Shown: piece by piece, positions 18,429-27,377 of the stretch | How positions within the stretch are numbered: position 1 is the first letter of the stretch | Layout: every line of letters begins with the position of its first letter | From: Gemmatimonadota bacterium | Lineage (GTDB): Bacteria; Gemmatimonadota; Gemmatimonadetes; Longimicrobiales; Gaopeijiaceae | Length of the DNA stretch: 64,000 nt | NCBI GenBank assembly: GCA_015664885.1 | Contig: DQPL01000123.1 | Span: 27,206 to 91,205 of the forward strand | Direction of reading: 5' to 3' | Notes under the pieces: model-generated | Database searches by the model: none | Seen by the model: only the letters and a program-made list of their open reading frames with translations | Told to the model about the DNA's origin: nothing | Program-made: the position numbers and the translations under genes

Positions 18429-19742
18429 ATGACGGTATTCGGACAAACGAGCCTTGTTGTGCTTGCTGGAGCCCTGCTGGGTGCTCCATCCATAGGCAGC
18501 GCGCAGGAGGCAGACTACCAGCTGGAAGCAGGCTACCAGGCGGAGCTAGCCGCGTTAGCCGCGAGTCCTGCCGTGGTACGCGCCCTGGAGCTGGTCGACG
18601 AACGCGACGCACGTGTGATGTCGGATCTTCTCCAGCTCACGGAGATCCCTGCACCGCCCTTCAAGGAAGAGACCCGCGCACTTCGCTTTTTCGAGATGTT
18701 GATCGATCTGGGCGTCGACTCGGCTTGGATCGACGAAGAAGGCAACGTGCTTGGCATGCGGCGCGGCACCGGGTCGGACGAGGTCATCGCGGTTTCAGGG
18801 CATCTCGACACCGTCTTCCCGGAAGGGACCGACGTCACGGTGCGTCAGCGAGGCGATACGCTGTTCGCTCCCGGCATCGTGGATGACACGCGTGGTCTCG
18901 TCGCCGTGCTCGCGCTTCTTAGAGTTCTCAACGAGTCCGACCTGCGTACCAGTGCCAACCTGCTCTTCATCGCCACAGTCGGCGAGGAAGGCCTCGGCGA
19001 CCTTCGCGGTATGAAGTACCTGTTCCGTGACGGCGGCCCGCGTATCGATGCATTCATCTCGATCGACGGGGCAGGACACGAGAGCATCACGCACAAGGGG
19101 CTCGGGTCCCACCGATACCGCGTCACCATTCGTGGCCCAGGCGGACACTCTTGGGGCGATTTCGGAGCTCCGAACCCGGCGCACGCACTCGGACGCGCGA
19201 TCGACTACCTCGACCTGTCGGCCGACGCGATCACCAGGTCTGGTCCGGTCACGAGCTACAACGTTGGGCGTATTGGCGGTGGCACCTCCGTGAACTCCAT
19301 TCCGTTCGAGGCGTGGATGGAAGTCGACATGAGGTCGGAAAGCCCCGAGAGCCTCACCAGAATCGATGAGGTCTTCCAGCGGGCCATGACGCGGGCGGTC
19401 ATCGAAGCAAACGCCCAGCGGCGAGAAGGTGACGAGCTCACGCTCGACATGGAGTTGATCGGAGACCGACCCTCCGGTGAGATCGTCGAGTCCGATCCGT
19501 TCGTGCAACGGGCGATCGCCGCAAGCCTCCTTCTGGGTATCGAGCCGACACTCAACCGTAGCTCGACCGACGCGAACATCCCGATCTCACTCGGCATCCC
19601 CGCGATCACGATCGGTGGTGGTGGTGAGGCCAGCGCGGTGCACGCACCCGGAGAGTGGTTCATCAACCGGAACGGGACCCTGGGCATCAAGCGCGCGCTG
19701 CTGATCGTACTCGCCCAGGCGCGTACGCCGATCGCGAGCTGA
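18429..19742 (+). CDS. secreted M20-family metallopeptidase (PepT/ArgE/DapE-like)
   Basis: Signal peptide, then 'SGHLDTVFPEGTD', 'PGIVDDTRG', 'VGEEGLGDLRG' and 'GGHS'. Confidence 0.8.
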   Translation: MTVFGQTSLVVLAGALLGAPSIGSAQEADYQLEAGYQAELAALAASPAVVRALELVDERDARVMSDLLQLTEIPAPPFKEETRALRFFEMLIDLGVDSAWIDEEGNVLGMRRGTGSDEVIAVSGHLDTVFPEGTDVTVRQRGDTLFAPGIVDDTRGLVAVLALLRVLNESDLRTSANLLFIATVGEEGLGDLRGMKYLFRDGGPRIDAFISIDGAGHESITHKGLGSHRYRVTIRGPGGHSWGDFGAPNPAHALGRAIDYLDLSADAITRSGPVTSYNVGRIGGGTSVNSIPFEAWMEVDMRSESPESLTRIDEVFQRAMTRAVIEANAQRREGDELTLDMELIGDRPSGEIVESDPFVQRAIAASLLLGIEPTLNRSSTDANIPISLGIPAITIGGGGEASAVHAPGEWFINRNGTLGIKRALLIVLAQARTPIAS

Positions 19743-19744
19743 CC

Positions 19745-20500
19745 ATGGCCGAAGGACCGTTGAACGGCCGCGTCGCGATCGTGACCGGCGCGTCGGCCGG
19801 TATCGGTGCGGCCATCGCCGAGACGCTCGCCCATGCCGGCGCCAAGGTCGTGCTCGCCGCTCGCCGCTTGGATCGCATTGAAGCCATCGGGCAGGCGCTG
19901 GAGGAATCGGGTTGTGAAGCGCTCGCCGTGCGGAGTGACGTCACGAGTATGGAGGACATGAAGGCGCTGGCGGCCGCCACGGTCGCCCAGTTCGGCGGCA
20001 TCGACATCCTGGTCAACAACGCCGGCGTGATGCCCGTGTCGCCCATCGCCGAGGGCCGGGTCGACGAGTGGAAGCTCATGGTCGACGTGAACGTGAACGG
20101 TGTGCTGCACGGCATCGCGGCGGTGCTACCCACCATGATCGAGCGGCGCTCTGGGCACATCGTCAACATCGGCTCGGTAGCCGGCCGCAGACCCTTCCCA
20201 GGCGGCACTGTCTACTCCGCGACCAAATTTGCGGTGCGCGCCATATCGTGGGGCCTGCACTTGGAGCTCGGCGCGGAGCACGGAATCCGGATCACGGATA
20301 TCCAGCCCGGCATCGTTTCCACCGAGCTGTTCGACTCAGACGCCCACCAGGACTTTCGCGAGCGGCTGGAAAAGGCGTGGGCGGGCAAGCGTACGCTGCA
20401 GCCGGAGGACGTGGCGCAGAGCGTGCTCTACGCGCTGAGCGCGCCGGAGCATGTGTCGGTGAGCGAGGTGCTTGTGCGGCCGGTGGATCAGGCTACCTGA
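19745..20500 (+). CDS. short-chain dehydrogenase/reductase (SDR)
   Basis: ATG 19745 lies 2 nt after the M20 stop. Contains 'VTGASAGIG', 'NNAG' and 'YSATKFA'. Confidence 0.85.
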   Translation: MAEGPLNGRVAIVTGASAGIGAAIAETLAHAGAKVVLAARRLDRIEAIGQALEESGCEALAVRSDVTSMEDMKALAAATVAQFGGIDILVNNAGVMPVSPIAEGRVDEWKLMVDVNVNGVLHGIAAVLPTMIERRSGHIVNIGSVAGRRPFPGGTVYSATKFAVRAISWGLHLELGAEHGIRITDIQPGIVSTELFDSDAHQDFRERLEKAWAGKRTLQPEDVAQSVLYALSAPEHVSVSEVLVRPVDQAT

Positions 20501-20512
20501 GGGCTTTATCGA

Positions 20513-23248
20513 CTACGAAATCGGCCGATCATCCGCCGCCCCGTAGTAAATCCCATTAAACAGGAACCCGAACGTGCCGTGCGGCTGCGCGCGGAACGTG
20601 ATTCTGGGCCCGAAAATGAAGAGCTTGCCCTGACCGTAGTCGGCCTCGATGACGCCGACGCCGTTCTGCAGATAACGCTCACCCCAGGCCCACCCGCTCT
20701 TGAGCGGGCTCTCGGTGTCGTACCACCCGATGCGGCGCACGCCCTGGGCCTCGGCACCCGCGTCCAGCGACAACGTGGGGCTGTGGCTGAAGAGCACATT
20801 CACGCGCTCGCCGAAGCCGTGAGTGAGCGGGCTGCCATGCTCGATCTTCATGTCTAGGACCGAGCCGGGCGTGAAGTACTGCTCGCGCGCGAGGTGGCTG
20901 CCGTTCTCCAGCAGGTGGTTGCTCACGGGCAAGCCAGCGTAGTGCGCTAGGCTGGCCGAGGTGCCGATCGTGATCGCGGCGCCGCCGTTGCGCACGTAGT
21001 CCAGAATCTTCGGCACTGTGCCGTCGCGGGAGACGTCGCCCATGCGAACGCGGTACTCATCGGGAACGGTGCTCGGATCCGGTCCACCCCGTCCGCCGCG
21101 ACCACGAGGAGGGCTGAAGCCGCCCTCTTCCGGCTCTGGAATCGCTCCGTCCTCGAACACCAGCACGTCGTACTGGGAGAGGTCCACGCTATCCAAGTCC
21201 GGCGGATACAGCACGTCGAAGTCGAACTCGAAGTCCTCCAGGATCATGCGCGTCCATCCCGATGGCATCGAGCCGCCGTACCGATCCCAGAGTCCGATCT
21301 TCACGGGCTTGAGCTCCATGGTGTTGCCCGTGGGGCGGCTCGCCACACCGACGAAGCTGAGTCCCTTCTCCGCGGCCAGTGTCTCGACCGTGGCGCGATC
21401 GGTCTCGAGGTAGAACGCGCCTGCGCCGAAGCTCTGCCCGCCCACATCAAGTTCGTCGGTATACCAGAACGCGTTGCCGCCCACCGCAAGCACACGGTTC
21501 ACCGCGGTGAAGGCGTCGTTGATGTGGTCCACCACGTAGCCGCGAGCGTTGGAGGCTCCAGCCACGAGGCCAGCCGCTGGAGCGGAGATGATGTCGTCGA
21601 TGAGCTCGAAGGGACCGTCGAAGCCGTCCATGATGCGATCGAACTCGATGCCCATCTGCCAGGCCAGAGTCCAGCCGGTGTTGTCGTACGGCGACGTCGG
21701 CGGCGCGCCCGGGTAGGCGAAATCGTTCGGGTGCTCCTGCTTCTCGAACATGTCGAGCACGTGCGGCCGAAACGCCTGAGCGCCCTTCACCACGTAGGAT
21801 CCCTGCTCGTAACGAGTGCCGGCGACGGTGAAGCCGGCGGTCGCTCGGTGCACATCAACTCCGTTGTAGAGCAGCGTGTTCACGAACTTCGTCGCGGTCA
21901 GAAAGTCACGCTGATCCGACGGAATGATGAATCCGCGCGCGTCGCGGTCCGCGGGATCGCGCAGGACTCGCTGCCAATCTTCTCGAGTCCCCCGAGTACC
22001 TCGCGGCATCGCCTCGGCGGCCGCGTCGATCTCGAACGGCATCGTGGTCCAGGAATCGGTGTTTCCACGCGCGATCGCATTGGTGCCCATCTGCCAAATG
22101 TTGAACAGCAGGTGGTCCGAGTTGCGCGACGCGAAATCCAGCACGGCCCAATTTGCGGTCTGCGAGTACTCGATCGACTGACGGAAATGCCATGGCCCGG
22201 GCTCGACCGGAAGAGGTAGGTCGCCCCTGGGCATCTGTTGCCTGGGCAGGAATTCGATCTCAACCGGGGTCGGGTTGCCGATCGTCTCAGTGAGCAGCCC
22301 GATCATGTTCTTGAAGTACGGCGTGGTGCGCAGACCGCCGTTCCACCAAGTGGAGTACGACGAACCGGAACGCATGGTCGTACCGCCCTTGCCCTCGCGC
22401 ACGAAGCGCTGGTGCATCGCCGAGCCGACCTGATCGAGCCCGGTGATGATGAGCGGGTCGAAGTAGTGGTTGGGAGGATCCCTGAAGGGTGGCGCGAACA
22501 TCACGGTGCCGCGCGGGCCCGTCTGGTGATGGTTGTACACGATCTGCGGATACCAGACGCGATAGATCGACGTGTTGATGTTCTGCGACTCGGCAAGCGC
22601 GGCCATGTAGAAATCGCGGTTGTTGTCGTGCCCGGCGTACTTGTTGTAGAGGACGGGCACCCCGCTCGTGCTGCGTGCCATGGGGTCGTCCTGCCGCATG
22701 TACCAGTTCGCGACCAGTGCGTGGCCGTCGGGGTTCGCGTGCGTCGCGAGGATGATGACCTTGCCGAGGATGCGCATGGTCTCCGCATCGGTGTAGTCGT
22801 TCAGCCGATAGACGAGCTCCATGAGCTGCTGGGCGCCCAGCACCTCGGTGGCGTGCAGACCGCCGTCGATCCAGACCGTCGCTTTGCCCTCCAAGGCCAT
22901 GGCACGCGCCTGAGCCTCACTGACTCCTTCGGCCTTGGCCATCGAGCGCGAGATCTCGCGATAGCGGTCGATGCGCGCGTGGTTCTCGGGAGAGGTGATG
23001 ACCGCCTGCAGATGCGGACGACCTTCCTCGGTATAACCGATGGTGTCCAGGATCATGCGGTCGGACTCGCCGGCCAGCTTGATCCAATACGCGTGCAGAG
23101 CCTCATAGTTGGGCAGCACGTAGTCGGCACCGATCTCGTGCCCAAATTGCTCTTCAGGCGTGGTCACCCGGTTCTGGGCCCAGACGGGCATCGCGAAGAG
23201 AAAACCCGCTGCTGTGAGCAGCGCAGGCCGGATCAAGTGCTTCGTCAT
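20513..23248 (-). CDS. large secreted M14-family zinc carboxypeptidase
   Basis: ATG 23248 opens signal peptide 'MTKHLIRPALLTAAGFLFAMPVWAQ'. Contains 'IDGGLHATEVLG', 'HANPDG' and 'GHDNNRDF'. The long C-terminal region has no motif I recognise. Confidence 0.85.
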   Translation of the reverse strand: MTKHLIRPALLTAAGFLFAMPVWAQNRVTTPEEQFGHEIGADYVLPNYEALHAYWIKLAGESDRMILDTIGYTEEGRPHLQAVITSPENHARIDRYREISRSMAKAEGVSEAQARAMALEGKATVWIDGGLHATEVLGAQQLMELVYRLNDYTDAETMRILGKVIILATHANPDGHALVANWYMRQDDPMARSTSGVPVLYNKYAGHDNNRDFYMAALAESQNINTSIYRVWYPQIVYNHHQTGPRGTVMFAPPFRDPPNHYFDPLIITGLDQVGSAMHQRFVREGKGGTTMRSGSSYSTWWNGGLRTTPYFKNMIGLLTETIGNPTPVEIEFLPRQQMPRGDLPLPVEPGPWHFRQSIEYSQTANWAVLDFASRNSDHLLFNIWQMGTNAIARGNTDSWTTMPFEIDAAAEAMPRGTRGTREDWQRVLRDPADRDARGFIIPSDQRDFLTATKFVNTLLYNGVDVHRATAGFTVAGTRYEQGSYVVKGAQAFRPHVLDMFEKQEHPNDFAYPGAPPTSPYDNTGWTLAWQMGIEFDRIMDGFDGPFELIDDIISAPAAGLVAGASNARGYVVDHINDAFTAVNRVLAVGGNAFWYTDELDVGGQSFGAGAFYLETDRATVETLAAEKGLSFVGVASRPTGNTMELKPVKIGLWDRYGGSMPSGWTRMILEDFEFDFDVLYPPDLDSVDLSQYDVLVFEDGAIPEPEEGGFSPPRGRGGRGGPDPSTVPDEYRVRMGDVSRDGTVPKILDYVRNGGAAITIGTSASLAHYAGLPVSNHLLENGSHLAREQYFTPGSVLDMKIEHGSPLTHGFGERVNVLFSHSPTLSLDAGAEAQGVRRIGWYDTESPLKSGWAWGERYLQNGVGVIEADYGQGKLFIFGPRITFRAQPHGTFGFLFNGIYYGAADDRPIS

Positions 23249-23358
23249 GCTAGTGTCCTGTCCCATCTGCATACCTCTCCCATCTTGTTCATCGACTCGA
23301 GGGGTTTGATTCTCTTGTTGCGCTCGATGCCCGTCAACAGGCTGCAAAGAATCCAATC

Positions 23359-25395
23359 ATGATAAAGAGACACGCTTGCTTCGTGCTGATGTTGAGCTTG
23401 GCCACCGCGTGGGCCAGCCCGGACCTCCATGCGCAGGAATCAGGCATCACCTTGGTGGCGGAGCCGGCTGAAGTCTCGCTCGTCGTTGGAACCGAAATTG
23501 CCCTAGTGGTCAAAGCGGTCGACGCGTCTGGCGACTCCGTCGAAATGGACCTCCGTTTCGCGGCCCCGCGCTCGGTGCTGCGATACCGCGACGGTGTTCT
23601 GCAGTCGTACAGCGCCGGAGACTTCGAGATCGTAGCTACGGGCGTGCTACCGGACGGAGCTACGGGAACGCCGCCGATGCTACGCATTCCTGTCCACGTC
23701 GCCTGGCCGGCGATCGACCGGGTGGAGCTGAACGCATCGGGCGCTGGGCTCTACGTGGGAACGACGCTCACGCATGACCCTGTAGCGCTTCACGCCGATG
23801 GCACACGCCGGCCAGAGGCTTCCTTCGCTTGGCGTAGCTCCAATCCCGCGGTCGCCTCCGTGGACGTGTATGGGACGGTCACGGCCATGTCCACCGGCGC
23901 CGTCACGATTACGGTCGAGATCGACTCAGAGGCAGAAGGACAAGCTTCCTACGACGTACAGGCGTTTCCGGCGACCGAGTTGATGATCGACGGCGGCGCG
24001 GACCAGGCCCGCACCGGCGACGTACTCCACTTCTCAGCGCGGGCTCGCGGCCCCGAAGGCTCGCTACCGAACCTGCCCATGACGTGGGCCTACACGTTCG
24101 TTCCGCACGACTCCATTCGCTCGCCAGGAGCGTCGGCCATCGTGGAGGACGGCGCTTTTGTGGCGGAGGTGCCCGGTCGCTACACGCTGCTGGCCATGTC
24201 GGGCCCGCTCATGGCGCGCCGGACCGTCCTCATCCACGGGCGTGACGCGGTTCAGGAAATCGAGCTCCAGGGGCGGGGTGCCGTGAGCAACACGCATACT
24301 TCGGATCTCTGGATCTTCGAGGGACTCGACGGGCGCGACTACGCGATCACAGGCACGTGGTCGGCGGCCGGTTGGGCGTACTTCTGGGACGTCACCGATC
24401 CGTCGGGGATCTTCAAGACCGACTCGCTGCAGCTCGACGCGAGAACCGTAAACGACGTGAAGGTCGCACCGAGCGGTCGTTATGCGGCGCTCTCCCGCGA
24501 AGGGGCTTCGAATCGTCGGAACGGCGTGGTGATCCTGGATATGACCGACCCGGCCCACCCGCGCGTGGCTTCGACCTTCGAGAGCCACGGGGTCACCGGC
24601 GGCGTGCACAACATGTTCGCCACCGAGGACTACCTGTTCGCGCTCGCCAACGGTGACAAGTACGTCATCATCGACGTGCGCGATCCGTACGATCCGAAGT
24701 TCGTCAGCGAATACAACCACCCCAACAGCCGCGTGCACGACGTGTGGGTCCACGACGGTATCGCCTATTCATCGGAGTGGCAGAACGGGGTGGTGGTCGT
24801 CGACGTCGGGAACGGACGCTGGGGCGGATCAATCGAGAATCCGGTCTTCGTGACCAGAGTGCCCTACCCCGTCGGAGCCACGCACGCGGCCTTCCCGTAC
24901 TTCCAGGAGTCGACGGGGAAATTCTACCTCTTCCTCGGCGATGAAATCGGGGGCGGTAGAGGCAGGGCATGGGCGGGACCGGGTAGAGACAACCGGCCCT
25001 ACGATCCCGAAACCGGTGAGGGTGGCATCCAGGGACGCATGGACGGCTACCTGCACGTCATCGACTTCACCGACCCGGAAAACCCGAAGGACGTGGCGCG
25101 CTACGAGGTGCCGGAAGCCGGTACGCACAATTCGTGGGTCGAGGACGACGTGTTGTATCAGGCGTACTACAAGGGCGGCCTACGTGTCGTGGACGTCTCA
25201 GGCGAGCTCATGGGCAATCTCGGCGACCAGGGCCGTGAGATCGCGGTCTACAAGCCTCAGGACCCAGTTGGCTTCCTGAGGAACCAGGTGAGCGTGTGGG
25301 GAGGGCAACCACACAAGGGCCACGTCTTCTTTTCAGACATGAACTCGGGGCTGTGGGCGGCGAAGGTCCTACCGAAGGGGCGCCCGATCAGCTAG
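23359..25395 (+). CDS. exported Big_2 (Ig-like) + LVIVD-repeat beta-propeller protein
   Basis: Signal peptide 'MIKRHACFVLMLSLATAWASPDLHAQ'. Ig-like segments ('SSNPAVASVDVYGTVTAMSTGAVTITV'). LVIVD-type repeats 'YVIIDVRDPYDPK', 'GVVVVDVGN', 'LHVIDFTDPENPK' and 'GLRVVDVSG'. Confidence 0.75.
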   Translation: MIKRHACFVLMLSLATAWASPDLHAQESGITLVAEPAEVSLVVGTEIALVVKAVDASGDSVEMDLRFAAPRSVLRYRDGVLQSYSAGDFEIVATGVLPDGATGTPPMLRIPVHVAWPAIDRVELNASGAGLYVGTTLTHDPVALHADGTRRPEASFAWRSSNPAVASVDVYGTVTAMSTGAVTITVEIDSEAEGQASYDVQAFPATELMIDGGADQARTGDVLHFSARARGPEGSLPNLPMTWAYTFVPHDSIRSPGASAIVEDGAFVAEVPGRYTLLAMSGPLMARRTVLIHGRDAVQEIELQGRGAVSNTHTSDLWIFEGLDGRDYAITGTWSAAGWAYFWDVTDPSGIFKTDSLQLDARTVNDVKVAPSGRYAALSREGASNRRNGVVILDMTDPAHPRVASTFESHGVTGGVHNMFATEDYLFALANGDKYVIIDVRDPYDPKFVSEYNHPNSRVHDVWVHDGIAYSSEWQNGVVVVDVGNGRWGGSIENPVFVTRVPYPVGATHAAFPYFQESTGKFYLFLGDEIGGGRGRAWAGPGRDNRPYDPETGEGGIQGRMDGYLHVIDFTDPENPKDVARYEVPEAGTHNSWVEDDVLYQAYYKGGLRVVDVSGELMGNLGDQGREIAVYKPQDPVGFLRNQVSVWGGQPHKGHVFFSDMNSGLWAAKVLPKGRPIS

Positions 25396-25402
25396 TGGTT
25401 GG

Positions 25403-27247
25403 CTAGTAGTCCACCGGCCTGAGATAAAACTCGCCGATCGCGCTGGAGGAAAGCACCGCGACCGTAGGCAGCTCCCGCTTCCAGTGCGTGCTCTGCAAAC
25501 GCCGCCAAACGACCTCGACCGCCTCAGCATCGAACCCGACCCGCAGCAACTCTTCGGGGCCATAGCCGCGCACCATGGCGTTCAGGATCGGGTCCGCGTC
25601 GTGATACGACACGCCGATCTCATCCTCGTCGGTGACCCCTTTCACGAGGTCCGCCGTGGCGGGCTTCTCGATAATCACGTCGGGCACACCGAGGTGGCGT
25701 GCGAGCGCCCACACCTGCGTCTTGAACAGGTCCCCTAGCGGGTTGATGGGCGGCGAGTCGTCGGCGTGCCACGTGAAGTATCCGAGCAGCCGTTCGCTCT
25801 TGTTGCCGGTACCGAGCGGGAGAGCACTCAGGCGGGCCGATTGATCGAAGAGGATCACGGCGCGCAGGCGCGCCATCAGATTGCCTTTGCGTAGCGGCGA
25901 GATATCGGGCTCGTACTGCTCGACGTACCGGTCGATCGGATCCGAAATCTCGATCGTGCGCGCTTCGGCGCCCGTGGCGTCCAACACCATCGCCGCATGC
26001 TCGAGGCTCTCGTCGCTCGACGTTCGGTAGGGCAGCCGGAAGCCGTGCACGTGTTCAGCACCGAGCGCCCGGCAAGCCAGGTAGAGCGAGACCGCCGAGT
26101 CGACACCTCCGCTCACCCCCACGACGACGCGCTCGAAGCGACGCCGCCGCCGCACTTCCTCGCGGATGAACTCCACCAACGTGCGTTCGACGAGCTCCAG
26201 ATCGAGTTCGAGCTCCGCGGGGTTCTTGAGCGCCGCATCGTCGGTGGGAATGGGCCCACGCCCCACCAGCGCCGATATCGGTTGCGCCGGGTCCCCTTCG
26301 GCCGCCGAGTCGTCGGTGACGTCCAAGGCCATCACTCCAGGCCGGGTCGCGTCCAAGGACCGCTGGAGGTGCGGCAACATTTGCTCCAGATCGGACAAGA
26401 GTGGTGAAACGACGCGGGCTCGATCGATCGACGAAGCGTCCAGGGACGCAATCGTGATCGCCTCGTCGAGTAGGGGGCCGCGCGCCAGCACACCGCCATC
26501 TGGCCCGCACGCGATCGACCCGCCAGGGAAAAGCTTGCCGCCCTCAGAGCCGACGAGCTGGGCGACGACCACGAACACACCGTGTTCGCGCGCGGCACCA
26601 GGGGCGATCTGTTCCCAACGCTCGAGGTTGGCAGGGCAACCACCAGAACCCGCAGTGAAGTCTCGGGCGGGCGACGCACTTACGACCACAAGAAGCTCAG
26701 CGCCACCCAGTGCCAGGATCGTCGCAGGCAGCGAGTGCCACATTTCCTCGCAAATGAGCATGCCCACACGACCAAAGCGCGTGTCGAAGGCGCGCAGCTC
26801 CGCCCCCGTCTCCACGAACCGCGCCTCGTCGAAGACGCCGTAGGTGGGCAGAAACATCTTGCGATGCACGTGTCGAACAGCCCACGCCCCCTCCTCCGCC
26901 CCGAGATAGACGGCGCTGTTATGCAAACGACGGCGCCAGCGCTCGTAAAAGCCGATCACGACGTCGGGGCCGCCCGCTGGCGGTGGGCCGAGCATGTCGA
27001 TCAACTGCTCGACCGTCAGCGCGGCCTCCGCGACACCACCTTCGAGGAAGTACCCACTGAGCGCGGTCTCGGGGAAGACGATGAGATCGGTCTGGTCCGC
27101 GTGGGCCCCCACAATGTCGCATACTGCCTGGACATTCCCGGCGACGTCAGCCTTGGTCGGCTTGAACTGTACCAGCGCCACCCGAAGCGGTGGGCGGGCC
27201 TCGGTTGGGCTCATGGACGGTGGATCTCGTTTGAGTCTCGGCCTCAT
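25403..27247 (-). CDS. nadE: glutamine-dependent NAD+ synthetase (CN-hydrolase + NadE domains)
   Basis: The N-terminal nitrilase-like domain has 'FPE' and 'ICEEMW'. The C-terminal domain has 'GVSGGVDSAV'. An alternative ATG start lies at 27214. Confidence 0.9.
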   Translation of the reverse strand: MRPRLKRDPPSMSPTEARPPLRVALVQFKPTKADVAGNVQAVCDIVGAHADQTDLIVFPETALSGYFLEGGVAEAALTVEQLIDMLGPPPAGGPDVVIGFYERWRRRLHNSAVYLGAEEGAWAVRHVHRKMFLPTYGVFDEARFVETGAELRAFDTRFGRVGMLICEEMWHSLPATILALGGAELLVVVSASPARDFTAGSGGCPANLERWEQIAPGAAREHGVFVVVAQLVGSEGGKLFPGGSIACGPDGGVLARGPLLDEAITIASLDASSIDRARVVSPLLSDLEQMLPHLQRSLDATRPGVMALDVTDDSAAEGDPAQPISALVGRGPIPTDDAALKNPAELELDLELVERTLVEFIREEVRRRRRFERVVVGVSGGVDSAVSLYLACRALGAEHVHGFRLPYRTSSDESLEHAAMVLDATGAEARTIEISDPIDRYVEQYEPDISPLRKGNLMARLRAVILFDQSARLSALPLGTGNKSERLLGYFTWHADDSPPINPLGDLFKTQVWALARHLGVPDVIIEKPATADLVKGVTDEDEIGVSYHDADPILNAMVRGYGPEELLRVGFDAEAVEVVWRRLQSTHWKRELPTVAVLSSSAIGEFYLRPVDY

Positions 27248-27377
27248 GCCTCCGACCCTTAATTCTGTACCGATGGGTGAAAAGTATCCGTTCGGTCCAT
27301 ATGTTGCAGGGGAGAGTCCCGGAAGCGCCCGGTAATGCGCGGAACGCGATTCCGTACGCGGGGGTTAGAGGACGCAC

